Part shown: in pieces, positions 24,649-37,208 of the stretch
Layout of the letters: each line of letters starts with the position of its first letter
Position numbering within the stretch: position 1 is the stretch's first letter
Assembly (NCBI GenBank): GCA_965645245.1
Contig: OZ287067.1
Location: forward strand, 434,001-498,000
Source: Massalongia carnosa
Lineage: Eukaryota
Reading direction: 5' to 3'
Length of the DNA stretch: 64,000 nt
Notes under the pieces: generated by a model
Database searches by the model: none
Told to the model about the DNA's origin: nothing
The model's input: the letters and a program-made list of their open reading frames with translations, nothing else
Translations under genes and position numbers: made by a program

Positions 24649-26573
24649 GAGTTCTTCCCATTCTGCTGACGATGATGATGCAACTACAGCTAACAGACGA
24701 TAGAGAACCTAGAGTCATGCCAAAGCAGGCTTTATTGGAGAAGGCCGTTTCCGAGAAGGACGCCTCCGAGAAGGACGCCCCCGAGAAGGCAGTCTTAGAA
24801 GTCTCCTCTGGAATCTCCTCAGGCGAGAAGGGTTTGTCAGGTCAGAACAGCTGAGTTTTGCTGACACTCTCCATCATAAATTTAGTGATTGATCTCTCGC
24901 ATTCAAACTTGTATGAAAGGACCGAGACTAATTTATTTGTTGCGTTAGGCTACCCTATCTTCTACATAGGCACTTGGTACGTTATGTTCTCTGTGCATAT
25001 TGCAATTCAAGCTAACAGTCTTATTCTTCAGATCCTCAAGGCACGTCTCTTGTCTGCCTTGTTTCATCAGTTTCATACATGTTGTGAGAGGAGGTACGGG
25101 AAGGACTCGATGGAGTGATTCAAGACTAGATCGTGCGAGACAGCAACGAGAACGAGAAACATAGCATGAGGATGATAGCATTCATAGAGCTGTAGATTAG
25201 AAGCTGTCACTAAATCAATAACTTGTTTCTCTAACCATCAACTGGGCGAATACATCATGTGAACCCGAATACAACTCAGCTGTAACGAGGTTGCATGAAC
25301 GTGATATCTCTTTTATAAGATTGTTTTCTGATCGTTTTATCCGGAACACGATCTTGAAGGTCTTGAGATCTTGCCAAAACTGAGACGATCTCCAAATCAT
25401 TGCCAGATGCTTTTTTACTGCAAGTACTGTTCATACCAATATGAATGTTCACTAAGATATATCCTTTTCAAGACTATAATATTTTCAAAATGATTTCAGA
25501 CTCTATTATCCGCAGATATTTCTCATCAGACACAAGCAGAATTTTAAGCTATCTTACACGTGCAGGACAATGTTGAGTCATCTCAATCAGGAAAGCGCTC
25601 AAAAAAACATTCAAACCGGGAACCTGCCGGTGTACCCATTTTAGCGAAGACATGTCCGGGATCTTGAGACCATTCCATGACCATGTCCGAAAACCCCCAA
25701 CCGCCCTTAAGGTACGTGACAGACAGGTGCGGGGCACGTGACGGGTCTGATGCTCTAGGCGGAGTGTCGGATGACAGTCCTTACTTAATGCCCGACTGGC
25801 GATAAAGGCTCGACGGCTGCTTCTGATTGATTTCCTGATTGAAATTAAGTTTAACTTTTTCGACTCGATCAATCGATTAATGTTTTATTTACACTGCTAA
25901 GATTGCCTTAAACCATTCAATGAATTAATTGATTGATTTGATAAAATAATTGACAGGTGTCTAGTCACTTCATGACGCTCCTGTAATTATTTAGTTGTGA
26001 TCAATAATAAGACCAGAAATAAACCTAGTCGTCTATGTTAACTATTTAACTTACTCGCTTTTGTATTGTAAGTACTTCGTAACAGGTCATCAAAATGTGA
26101 TTGAACCCAGGAATATCTACCTACTCTGGTGTCTGCTGAGCTGGAAAAGGAGGTCTTGTATTTAATGCTGTATTAATAGAATGCGCGATTTGGTAATCGA
26201 TACGGCGTACGAAATAATCTACGACGAATCGAGATTGAGGCTCCATGCTAGTTAAGTTGTAGTCTGTCGAAGCTTGAAGAGTGTGAGTGCGCTGTACAAG
26301 AAAGATATCTTCTTTCATGCACTATTCTCATATTCTCAGAATCCTTCCCTCTCAGTACGCGTGTTCTCGTAGAGCGTACAGCGTACACGATCGTTTCATG
26401 TTATTTATCAGATCAAATGAGTGGTAAAATATTCGTCTTGCTTGTTTGAAGTCTCTTCGAACCGCTTACGTTGATCAGGAATACGAAGCGTCGAACTTGA
26501 TGAATTACCGTCGCTATATGTCTCTTGTCAAAATCACGATGACAATCCTAGTGACTAAGATGACCGTGTCACA

Positions 26574-28250
26574 TTGATTGGAAAGAAGACTTCGCAAGAG
26601 TCGCGTATCGGCACTCATCACTGTGCCTATCGACATGACTCTGCAGGAGCCTGGAATAGGCTTTGGCTATGGTATCTGATACCACTACACTTTGTGACCC
26701 GTTTTGCCTTTGGACTCGTCATATTTTACGTTGTCAAAGATAGGGTTACTGATGTCTCCGATAATGTCGCCCCGATCTTCAGACACTTTAATGACGCAGT
26801 CGAATATTATGGGCTTTATATCGATATGGTTGATGGTGATTAAACTTATTCTCGTCGCCTAGCTGCAACTATCGGTATGGAGATGCTCATATGTATTGCT
26901 TGAGAAAACTGGACTACGACTTCAAGACTTGAGCTTTATGGGTTTCCTATGGCATCCTTAAAGGCAACCCTACCGCATCTGGTTCCGGACAGCCTAAAGC
27001 TCGCAGAGCATACTTCTGGATTGTGTCGGCTATTCTTTGCTTCTCTTTACCATCTCGGTTTGTCGAGCCTCTAGCTTACAGCTCCGTGAAATGGGTGCCA
27101 TTTTATGTGGATGGAGCGGTCCCGCTAGACATGAAAAACATATATGATGCTGGGCCGGGTTATTCATGGCAGTGGTACAATATGTTTCCAAGTTATAGGT
27201 CAGGCCTTGTGTTGCGCGCTGCAGGAATGGCGAATATAGTCACTGCAAACAGTGTCAAACATAGTACCTCAATAACTTCTCGGAGAGTTATGTCGTCTTG
27301 GAGTACTGTACCGATCAATACAATTCTAGCAAATATCACAGTGCCTGTATTCAACATCGAATCCTTTGACTGGGTCATCGATTTGGCGGTCTTGCCTTCT
27401 GGAATCGCAGAGAGTGTAAAAAACGTTGGATTATTGAATATCAGCACAGTCGAAAATCCTGTTCTGTTTGATCCCATCGAGGGGAACGCTGCGTTACTGA
27501 AGAACATACCATGGAGAAGCCATGGGTCGACATATCCCACAAAAATGCTTTTCTCTGGAGAAAAGTACGTTGCTATTTTGGTTCAGCGAGTGATGGGCCG
27601 AAACTGCTTATCGATTACTTCTACCTTCGGCCAGCTTCCAATACCCGTTGCATCACTTCTTACCATCTACTACGACAATGACTTGACAAGCTGCTTCGCA
27701 TTCGCAAAGCTGAAAATCTCCGTGGGTAAAGCTCTATGTACTAAATGTCAAGTGGTGTCGCCGATGATGGTTGAAGGTCAGCCAGAACTCCACACAAGAG
27801 GACTCCCTGGTACAGGAAGTCTTTGACGTGATGCCTGAAGTTATGTACGCGATTGTAGCGTCGACGAGTGGCAATACAGATCTAACGAACCAACTGGAAA
27901 ACCACACCCGATCTCTCCTCACTGCGGCCTATATAGGAAGTTGGAGTACTTTAACGGACAGCTTTGGCAGAGGCAGCGATGTACCTCCTCTAACCACACA
28001 AGGCACAAAATCTGAACTAGTCCTTCAAGCTGCGATTAGCACGTGGAGGATGTGCGTCTTTTTGGGGCTAAACGCACTGGTCACACTCTGTGGCATTGTC
28101 TTGATTATCTTGCAGTCCGGATGTGAGCGCAAACCGGTTGTGGACACCGTCCTCGCAGCCATAATGCTCGACTCGAGCGATCTCTTGAAAGGGGACAGAA
28201 ACGGACTGTAACGCCACGAGACTGAGCAAAGTCGACGACGGAATGGGAAA
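26574..28250 (+). pseudogene. Fragmented fungal membrane/secreted protein gene of unknown function
   Basis: Consecutive same-strand ORFs (27023-27826, 27771-28211) in shifted frames with hydrophobic segments; stops upstream. Confidence 0.45.
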
Positions 28251-28826
28251 ACAATGGATTCGACGCGATCGCGACGGGCATTTCTCTCTTTTTCTCTCTT
28301 CGTGACGTTTTTCCGCGAGAGGAACTGCTAAAAGTTAAAAGGTTGAATAGAGAAAACGTCTTATCGTTTCGGGATTAATCAAATGAAGTTCCCGAGGCGC
28401 TTTCGTTGTGCAGAGCGGAACGGAAACTTTTTCGAGAAATGAAAATGTGATTCGCTACAATTCAAGATAAATTAAATCAATATAAGATTGAATAAAATTC
28501 GAATTGTTATTTGAATTTTCGTCCCGCAACGGGATTTTTTTAAACATGATGAATATTAGTCTTCATTACAATCTTTTCTATTTTTGAAGCGTAGACGCAT
28601 TTACAGTAGTAGCGGCTTAATTCCCAGTCTGGACGAACCGATGTGTTACTATAACTCTTTCGAGTGGAAATAAATATCCTGCACGTTTAATCCTGTCATA
28701 AAAACTGCGGCATTCAGTCAATCGATCAATTGCCCAGGTCCATAGACATTCAAATCAATCATGAGAGCTGAGACTGAAAGGGGGGTGTGTTTCGTACATA
28801 AGAAGAGCAATATGAGGGAGCAAAGG

Positions 28827-28960
28827 AAGAGGGGCTGCTGGAGAAGGAGGAGAAGAAGAAGAAGAAGAAGAAGAAGAAGAAGAAGAAGAAGAAGAGGGGC
28901 TGCTGGAGAAGGAGGAGAAGAAGAAGAAGAAGAAGAAGAAGAAGAAGAATAAGAAGAAGC
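28827..28960. repeat. (GAA)n microsatellite in a duplicated unit
   Basis: gaagaggggctgctggagaaggagga followed by (gaa)n occurs twice in tandem. Confidence 0.95.
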
Positions 28961-29125
28961 AGAAAAAACTATTACAGATAGACAAGACGCTCAAGTTTCG
29001 GGAGGAGAAAAAATTCATTCACGGCGAGTTGGAGGGCTAGGTATTGTAAGAAACGGGAAGATTTCATTGAAGAGTTGAATGACGGGGTGCAGGACGGGTT
29101 TCCCATATTTGTTCCCGACCCTATT

Positions 29126-30480
29126 TCATTTCACAGCGCCAACGCTTTGTAATCGATGTCTTAGAGCTTTTCGTTTCTGGCAAAGTCTCATTCTATCGAT
29201 TGCCAGCCTCAGATCGACATGCTCGTACTCAATTCCACATAATCGGCCTCTCTTTCTGATCTTCGTGCTCCTCCTGATCTTCATCGTTATCGTCATGGTC
29301 CTCGACCTCCTCCTCCTCGATATCCGATGAATTGGATCGTATCCTTCGCTTCCCGCTGAAGTCCGCATCCGTCGGTGCGGACGCTTTTTGCTCCAAGTCA
29401 TAGAGCGTTTCCACTTTTGTCAAAAAACTTGTCAGTTGCTCGAACGTGTTGAATTGCACTGCCCTCGTTCTGGAAGTTTCTATGCTTAGTCAGCTGAATG
29501 TATATTAGCCGCTCTTCTCCCTCTATAGAACAATCAACCGTCTCAAGTTTCAACAGAACGAAATGATCATGGCAGCATTCAGAGAGCTTAAAACCGATGC
29601 GTCGTTGAGAGCGGCAAGCAGCTTGAGCGGTGCGAAATCTTTGACCGGGAGAATCAGGGCTCCGTCGCTCGCTGTGCCCGTTTCATCGCGAAAGATCTAA
29701 ATGCTTATTTAGCTCGAGTCTCGAATCGTGGAATCTTTTCTTACTGAGTTGATTATGCGTTGCATTTCGCATATCATTTCGCCGTCTTCAATGATGTTTT
29801 CCATTCAATGATGTTTTCCAGTTGCCACGTCAACACTCGAGCCCGCTTGGACTTTCTATAATCAATATCTAATCCTACTATCATGCGAATATTTCCACGA
29901 GATCCAAATAGATAATCCTCAGCTAATTCTGACAAATATTTGGTTTTTTGTGAGTTGGAAACTTCTAAAATTAGTCTGGGATACTGAGCTTGATCATGTC
30001 TAAAGCTCTATCTGGGCTGCGTGTTCCGATCTCGACAATAATATCAGAAGATGCAACCCAACAAAACCCATTGATCAAATCCACAACATCGGAAGAATTG
30101 ATTTTCTTGGTCATCTGTTCAAGCTGTTTGACGATTTCGCATTCGACATAACTCGTCAGCATATCATGCACGGTAGTCGGCATTCGAATGATTAATTGCT
30201 GTTTTTGAGGGTTGTAATCGTATCTGCTCAATTTATTGTTTTAACATTTCATTTATTACAAGGACAATACAATGTACTCGTCTTACCGAACCTTGTTCTT
30301 CACGTATCCCTGAAGAACTTGATCGTTTCCTAGAGCTTTCAATACTATATTGTAATCCTCGGACGACAAAGCGAGCTTGGTCCAAGGATCCCCACGCTGA
30401 CCGTCATGATGTTGTTGAAACAGCTCAAGAACTTTAGAGACGGATGATCGAGTTCGACAAGATCGATGATAATGCTGCAG
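29126..30480 (-). pseudogene. Degraded gene for a fungal protein with possible restriction-endonuclease-like (Uma2/PD-D/ExK) fold
   Basis: Fragments RYDYNP..LIIRMPTTVHD..RSPD, then in a shifted frame LILEVSNSQK..LAEDYL..NIRMIVGLDI. Frameshifts and stops. The fold assignment is from motif memory only. Confidence 0.5.
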
Positions 30481-31375
30481 GAGCGTTGTTAGACATGACA
30501 AGATCTCTCGTATGAGCCACCGACAAAGAAGGAAGAAGAATAATCGGGTAGGATGGAGGCTGACTTACTTACCTTTTTGATTTTATTATTTATTAAGTAC
30601 TTTTCCCTCTTGCGTTATCTCCGTTTTGAGGGATGTATTATCGCCGAGTAGGAATGATTCACTGTAAAACACTTCTCGTGGCAATATAATAAAAGTGATG
30701 CATTCATTCACGACGACAAATACTTCACGTGGCAATATAACACAACAATAATAACACTACTTTCTGAGTTTCTTCATTTTAGTACTCTAGCTTCTAGACA
30801 CTAATCTTGATCGTCTTCACTATTACCATCAAGTCCTCCAGCATCAATCATTTTTTGCTGAGAAACTCAATCAATCATGCTTAATCTGTCTCAGCGAAGA
30901 ACATTCACATCTTACCTTAATTATTATTCTGCACGCTCTCATCTCATCTCATCTCATCACATCATGCATTCGTGTGATGATCTCTCACAAGCTGTTCCTG
31001 TTTTGCCAGTTCCGTTGAAACTGAAATCATCATCCTGACTCCCATCTTTCATTCCCCCATTCCCGTGAAAGAAGACCCTTCTCCCTCCTGACCTTTCAGA
31101 TCCCACGATCTGTCGATGAACCATTCCCGCTCTGACACTAAATCTACCGCTCCGTATAGCAAGCTTTATTAAGTACCTTGTGACAGTTCATCCCTGGCCA
31201 GAAAGCTCACGAAAGAAAGCCACGAACAGCGTCAGCACCAGGACAACGCCCGATCGATGACACGCTTCCAGAATATCTCGTCTTATCCTTTAGGCTGATC
31301 TGAAGACAAAAACGTCCGAAGAGCAGTCTTCGAGGATTATCGTGTAAGAACTAAGTCTCATAGACAATATCCAAG

Positions 31376-33674
31376 CTACCGCTCCGCTTCCACGGCCCCC
31401 GCTCCTCCGCCGTTGGTTCCCTCGGTGGCGTTACCGCCTCCTTGCGTCATACGCTCCATGAAACTCACATAGTCGTACTTGGCACGGTGGCGATCCTCCT
31501 GTAGGTCTGGGCCGACGTGTGGCGGCATGGAGGAGAGGAGGTCTTCCATCAAATCATCGGGGATGAGTGAGTGGCGAAGCTCTACCCTTTACCCACATCT
31601 TCAGCATCTACTTTCCATTCGAAATACTGCACCTTCCCCATTCCAAGCAAGCCATTCGTTTCCATATTCGCATTCGCTAACCCAAACCCTTTTAAAGCCT
31701 TACGTCACCGAGCTCGACCCAAAGCAAAACAAAAGAGTCAGTATACCTTCCCATCAGCCACCTCCCTGAAACTCTGAAAGACCTGCTCTGCCGTATTCTG
31801 ATCCTCGGTCACACTGACCATGAAACGAATGAACTGCTCAAAGGTCACGTAACCTTTGCCTCCACTGACTCTAACAAAATTCTCGTGCATCTCCTCGTCT
31901 AAACCTGACTTAAGCTCGCCAGGGCGGCGGAGAATTCTAGCTCATGCAGCGAGTTGCTTAGATCGCGGTCAAAATGGCGAAATACGGATTCAAATTCCTC
32001 GAGCTGGATCGGAGTCAGGTTCGTCATGTTCCGAGCGACCATTTGGTTCTCGAGGAAGGAGAGTTTTTTCGCTACGGACGATTTGACGAGCCCCAGCTCG
32101 TAAGAGAGTTCGTTATAGGTGTAGGTCGTGAAGTCATTTTCTTCAATGTTAGCTTCTTCACATTGCTGGTCGAGGAGCGCTAGGGTTTCGAGATAGGCAT
32201 CAAGAGGTGGGAGATTAGAGTTGAGGCGCTGAACGTGGCTGCATTGGTCATCAACATCGCCTTCAAGTCCGGAAATGGCCAAAGAGAGAGTATTGAGGGT
32301 CTGGGCAAAGTCGTTGGCTTTATCGGCAAAGGATTTTCGTAGAAATTTTTGATACTATCAAAGTTAGCCTTCTCGATCATGGCTTAGCGGAGTCTCCATA
32401 CTCTCGGATTGTTTCGTTTATGACCTGACTTCTGTGCCTCGGCCTTGAGCAGCATTATCCATTCGTTATCCAAGACATCCAATCGTAAATCCTCTGGCGG
32501 CTCGTACGGTCTCAACCGATAAGTGCTCATCTTTGTCTTAATGTTTCCCAACAACGCAGCCAATTCGGATTTCTCCGCCATCCATTTTCTCTTCTGGCTC
32601 CTCTTGTATATGGCAAACTGAGTCGACTGCTCCTTTGCGTCCACATAAGTACCTTTAAACGTCGCCACCTCCCATTCCTGCCGTTGCAGGCGGATCTCTC
32701 GAAGTAAGTCTTTCATCCTCTGTTCGAACGAGTTTTGCATCCCCCACGCGCCTTGCATATTGGTCACAAACTTTTGCGCTCGCCGTCCAGCGTTCTCCAC
32801 CCGTTCCATCTGAGAAAAGGCGTGAAACCAATACGCTATGTAAGTCATCAAAGACTGTTCGTTGGGTTTCGCTAGGTCGCAGACATCCTCGACATCCAAC
32901 AAGTCTGGTATCCCGATCTCTTTGGAGGCTATGTCAAAAGCTAGCTGCATGTTCCCACGATGATCCGTCTTGTCGAGCTTTTCGTAATCGATAAGATCAG
33001 GGCGGTGGATATCAAGAAGAGCGCAGCTACACCAAAATTAGCATGGACCTCGACATTGGCTGGTAGAGTGCGTACAACGCCAGTCCATCATTCCAGCTTG
33101 CCGAAAAGTCTCTAACCTCAACCTCATCGTAGCAAGCGGTTTTCCTTTGACACCAGAGTAGCAAGCCCTCTTTTGCCGTCATGCCCTCTTCATTGATGTC
33201 GCTGATGGTGAACCTCAAGATCAAGGTCCATATCAAGCCCAAAATGATCTTCCGATTTCCATCAACCACATCTTCCGCTCTAATGTTCGTCATCTGGATA
33301 CCCCGCCCTTTGATAAAGTCGAGCGCAACATTGACATTTTCGAAGCGTTGTACGCGCAGTTTTGGTTTGGAGGCATAGCGACCAAGGGACTCATTGCCGA
33401 GAATTTCAAGGAGGTGGATGAGAATCACCTAAGTGACGGGAGTCAGTGGAACCGTTGACACATGGTGCGCCATGTCGATTGCAGGAGAAATCAGATCTAC
33501 CCCATCTGAAAGGTCCGTGACCAAATCATTCACTGCTACATGTCTCGGGCTAACTTTGGAATTGAGCCTAAAATTTGGGTTGGTTTGCTGGCTCGGCTAC
33601 ATTATCGAATGAACTCACCACTTAGTGAAAGTCTTCTGCTGAACCGTCACCCATTGCTGCTCCAGCAAAGCCAT
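31376..33674 (-). pseudogene. ain1: Alpha-actinin (fungal Ain1-type: two CH domains, spectrin repeats, EF-hands), disrupted
   Basis: QQWVTVQQKTFTKW; LIHLLEIL; IILGLIWTLILRFTISDI; LLLWCQRKTA; DFSASWNDGL; EEFESVFRHFD. Frameshift and stop at ~31899; an inverted exon segment at 31580-31718. Confidence 0.92.
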
Positions 33675-34786
33675 TTCGCCACCGAGGCATATGCACCGTT
33701 GACCAGCGGTGTATTAGAGCAGATTGAGCGGTTCGTGTAAGAGCAGGAATAAGGAGGTGCGATTCGGAGTGCGCAACGTAAACACTCTACAAGCGCTGCA
33801 AGCAACAATGAATATCTATCTCCAAAAGATCGATATCGATGATTGAATATCAACAAAACGTTTCGGGCCTTGTTCGGCCTAAAGGCCCTGGCAACCAGCC
33901 CCGAAATTCTCGTACGCTCTCAGCCGTGCGATTATGTAGGAGCATCTTTCCTATCTGGAGCATATTCTCAAAAAACCCCCTTGTTCATGCGAAATCGATC
34001 ACCATGTTTGAAGAAGCTCCCTGCCTCGATTTGGTGGTTTAGCACGACTGCTCTAATGGTAACGATCTCCATTGCTTGGATCCAAATGCTGGGTTTGCGA
34101 ATTTTCAGTTTGCTCTTGTTCTTTCCAAGAGGAAGACTGATATCTTTGGAATTATGCTGTATCGACCAAGCTTGCAAGATGTGTCAGGGAGAATTCATAA
34201 AATATCCTTTGAGCCAACGTTGTCATAATCAACAAGATATTTGGGAGTTTTAATAAAGCCCGTCTGACCAGTGAGCATTACTAACATGTTAAGCTTATTG
34301 CAGTTTTTGACCGAAGACTACTAATCACCAAGACCAGTGGTAGTGCAGACATCAAGTACTATGGCTAAACACTCATCATACGGGTTCTCGCAAATTGGCA
34401 TTTGTTGAAGTAAAATTCTAACAGCATCATGCACAGCAAGGACCAAAAGGTGTTTGGCACTGAGAATAATATCAAGGTCCTATTCTATCATATGAAATGG
34501 ATCTAATCAAAAGTGAGTGGAGGTACCTAGGATTTTGCTACTCCAGGAAATGGGATCCTTTTCCACTACCAAGGTCTTGATACCTGCGTTCACATGCCAA
34601 TGCACTAGTGTGGCATGGAGATAAGAATTCCCTACTACATGTGATCTTCCAGGAACTTATGAAGGCTGAGGATTGCTTGATATCTTCAGGTATAACACAC
34701 ACCACTCGATAAATCCAACCATTTGAAAACTCGCACACAGCACATTTGGTAATCGTTCATTGTTGTGCATGCCCTTCAAATCATAG

Positions 34787-37208
34787 ATGATCGATATAAT
34801 TCAAGCGGAAACCTTTAGACAACCCAGAATGGCAAACGGTACCTCCATCTGTGATTGGATATTGGCTCTTCAGTTCGAGCCAGACTGGCCCAGCAGGCCA
34901 GCCGAACGTGCTATTCCTTTGGAAACGATCCGCCCAGCTCGAGGCGAAACAGGCCAAAGAATCTATACTGGCACAACGCTCTGTCAGCAAATACAGAAGG
35001 ACATTGATAGTGGTGCATATGAGTGTGGGATATGCTACGAAGCGGTTAACGATCGGACTGAAATCTGGCTTTGCGAGATATGCTGGGGGGTATACCATTA
35101 TGATTGCATTCTAGGCTGCGCTAGTGGGGTTCAACTTGTCGCAGGGGAAGCTCCCGTGGTTGGGCTCGGGGACGAGTGGAAATGTCCCTTATGTCGGGAC
35201 GAGTATGCAAGTCCTCCTTTGCAGAGATGCTGTGAGTTAGGCCTTCAAAGATATGCGAGGAAAATAATTAGCTTATATACTTCTCAAAATTTTAGGGTGC
35301 TTTTCTCACGAGGGAACACAAACAAGGGCTGGCTTGCCTTTTAATTCCTGCGGTGAAAAGTGTCTGGCAGAAATAGAATGCCGCCACGAGTGTGAAGAGA
35401 TATGCTATCCTGGGCCCTGCGACGTGTGTCAATTGTGCGCACGAGGCGTCCCAAGACCACCCACGGTGAGGGTAAGCTCGGACTTGTCTTTCAGGGAGAC
35501 CTTCATGCCGTTGAGTCGCCTGGTGGCTGCGCAGATTCGGCACCACAACTTCGACGATCTGGACCCAGGTCGAACGGCGGATACCGAGCGGTTTAACATG
35601 AGGGCAATTGAGGCAGGGAATGCGAACCCGCAGCAGGTCCTTCCGGCTGGGATTTTCACACTGCCGATGATCTGCTCGATCCTGTCATTTTGCATGGCAA
35701 TGTCCATCTATGCGTTGACAAATGTGGTCGTCGAACCGTACAAGTACCGAGCCATTGCAGAGAACAACCATGCTATGCGGGCCATGTGGGTTTTCGTTGG
35801 CCTCGGGGCTGCCAACAACTCGGTTTTAAACGGACTCTCTGTATGGTCCTTCAGGGTGATTTTATGCATTTACTATCGCAATCTAACCACCTCTCGATTC
35901 GCCGCGCGGTGGAGGGTGGTCAGGTCGGAAACCGGCGAGCTGGCGCCGTTTTGGGAATTTATGAGAGGAATATGTGAGATGGTGTTGGTTTTGGGTAATG
36001 TTAGTGTGGGTTTTAGGTCCATTTACCAGGTATGTTGAAGATAAGGGTTCGATGGATTGCAATCGTTGACCCCTTTCTCCAGTACCATGGCAGTTCCGCT
36101 TCTCGCCAGAAAAGCCGAGTTTGCGGGTGTATGCGATAACTTCGATACACGGATTATTCTCGACATGGGTAACCACTCACCTCCTTGTCGTTCTTCCCCG
36201 TGAGAAGTTGTTTTCAAAAAACTAATCCATCGCATAACCTCAGAAAGCAAAGTGCGCCAAACCCCTTTTTTCCGCGACCTCGACGTCACCCACCCGGCCC
36301 CTCCCTACACAATGGCCATCGTCGACCGCAGCACCAATGATACCGACATCACCGCTCTCGAGCTGAACTACTATGACCCTTCCTACCGTGGCCTCTTCAA
36401 ATACCACCCGCTCGACGACCTAAGCGTCCCTCCATTCTCCCCCCCCGCATCTCTGTTCAACCAAACCCCACCCACCCGACAAACCCTCTATCACGGCCAT
36501 TTCACCAGCATGACCCACGTCCGCAGCCACACTCGCCTTCTAGACGAACCCAACCCCGCCGACGTCTGGCACTATATCACCTCCCGCTAGCGCAGCGATC
36601 CGGATTTCGGCGACATGTCCTTCTCCGACACCTCGTTCGAGCACGTGGTCGTCACGGAATGCCCCGGCTTTTTCCGCATCCTCTACAATTGGACCAACGG
36701 CACCTGGACCTCGTACGTCGCCGGCAAGATCCATAACCAGGGCACCTTCCGGCAGCTGGGCCCCCACCTCGTGCTGCCCTCCATGCTGCTCTTCATCCCA
36801 AACTACGCCCGCTTCGCCGCCAGCTGCAAGATGGAGCCGTTCCTCAAGGTCCACCGCAGCCCCGTCATGCTCCCGGCCGAAGATACCGATACCGGCGTCG
36901 TCGTCCCCGTCCCGCGTGCCAAGCTCGGACCGCTGGAAGCGTACGTGGTCAAACGGTTGGATGAGCTAGCGCGGCAACCCTACCGCGAGGATAGCACTCG
37001 GAGCGTATTGCTCCGCACGGCGGCGTTCGGCGAGAAGCAGCGCGAGCTGGAGGTGTGCGCGCGACGGGGCATGACCAGGTTTCCGGACGGCCAAGGAATG
37101 TATGGGTTGGGGGTCGATTTGCCCGTTCTGGTCGGCTTGTTGGCGGCGGCGAGGGTTAGGGGTGGGGAGGATAGCGGGAGGGGCAGCTGTAACGGGGCTT
37201 GGCTGTAA
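34787..37208 (+). pseudogene. NF-X1/Fap1-like RING + NF-X1 zinc-finger protein fused to transmembrane segments; premature stops
   Basis: YECGICYEAV..WLCEICWGVYHYDCI..WKCPLCR; intron; CWC..NSCGEKC..CRHECEEICYPGPC; hydrophobic helices. Downstream ORFs continue in frame across TGA 36201 and TAG 36588. Confidence 0.65.

Larger units (their letters stand above)
13872..25712. mobile_element. 11.8-kb cut-and-paste DNA transposon (CACTA/Plavaka-like transposase) with 52-bp TIRs and cargo genes
   Basis: 13872-13923 (ccttaagggcggttgggggtattcggacatggtcttgagatggtctcaagat) matches the reverse complement of 25661-25712 at 48/52 positions. TA lies on both outer sides (13870-71, 25713-14). tcttga/tcaaga motifs recur in both subterminal regions. 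Confidence 0.9.

Noticed and set aside
13872..25712. Starship or piggyBac/Kolobok element
   Set aside because: There is no DUF3435 tyrosine-recombinase captain, and the element has long TIRs. The transposase motifs resemble CACTA/Plavaka rather than piggyBac or Kolobok, despite the TTAA near the termini.
28755..29018. Poly-Arg/Glu and poly-Phe/Ser ORFs
   Set aside because: These are translations of the GAA microsatellite.
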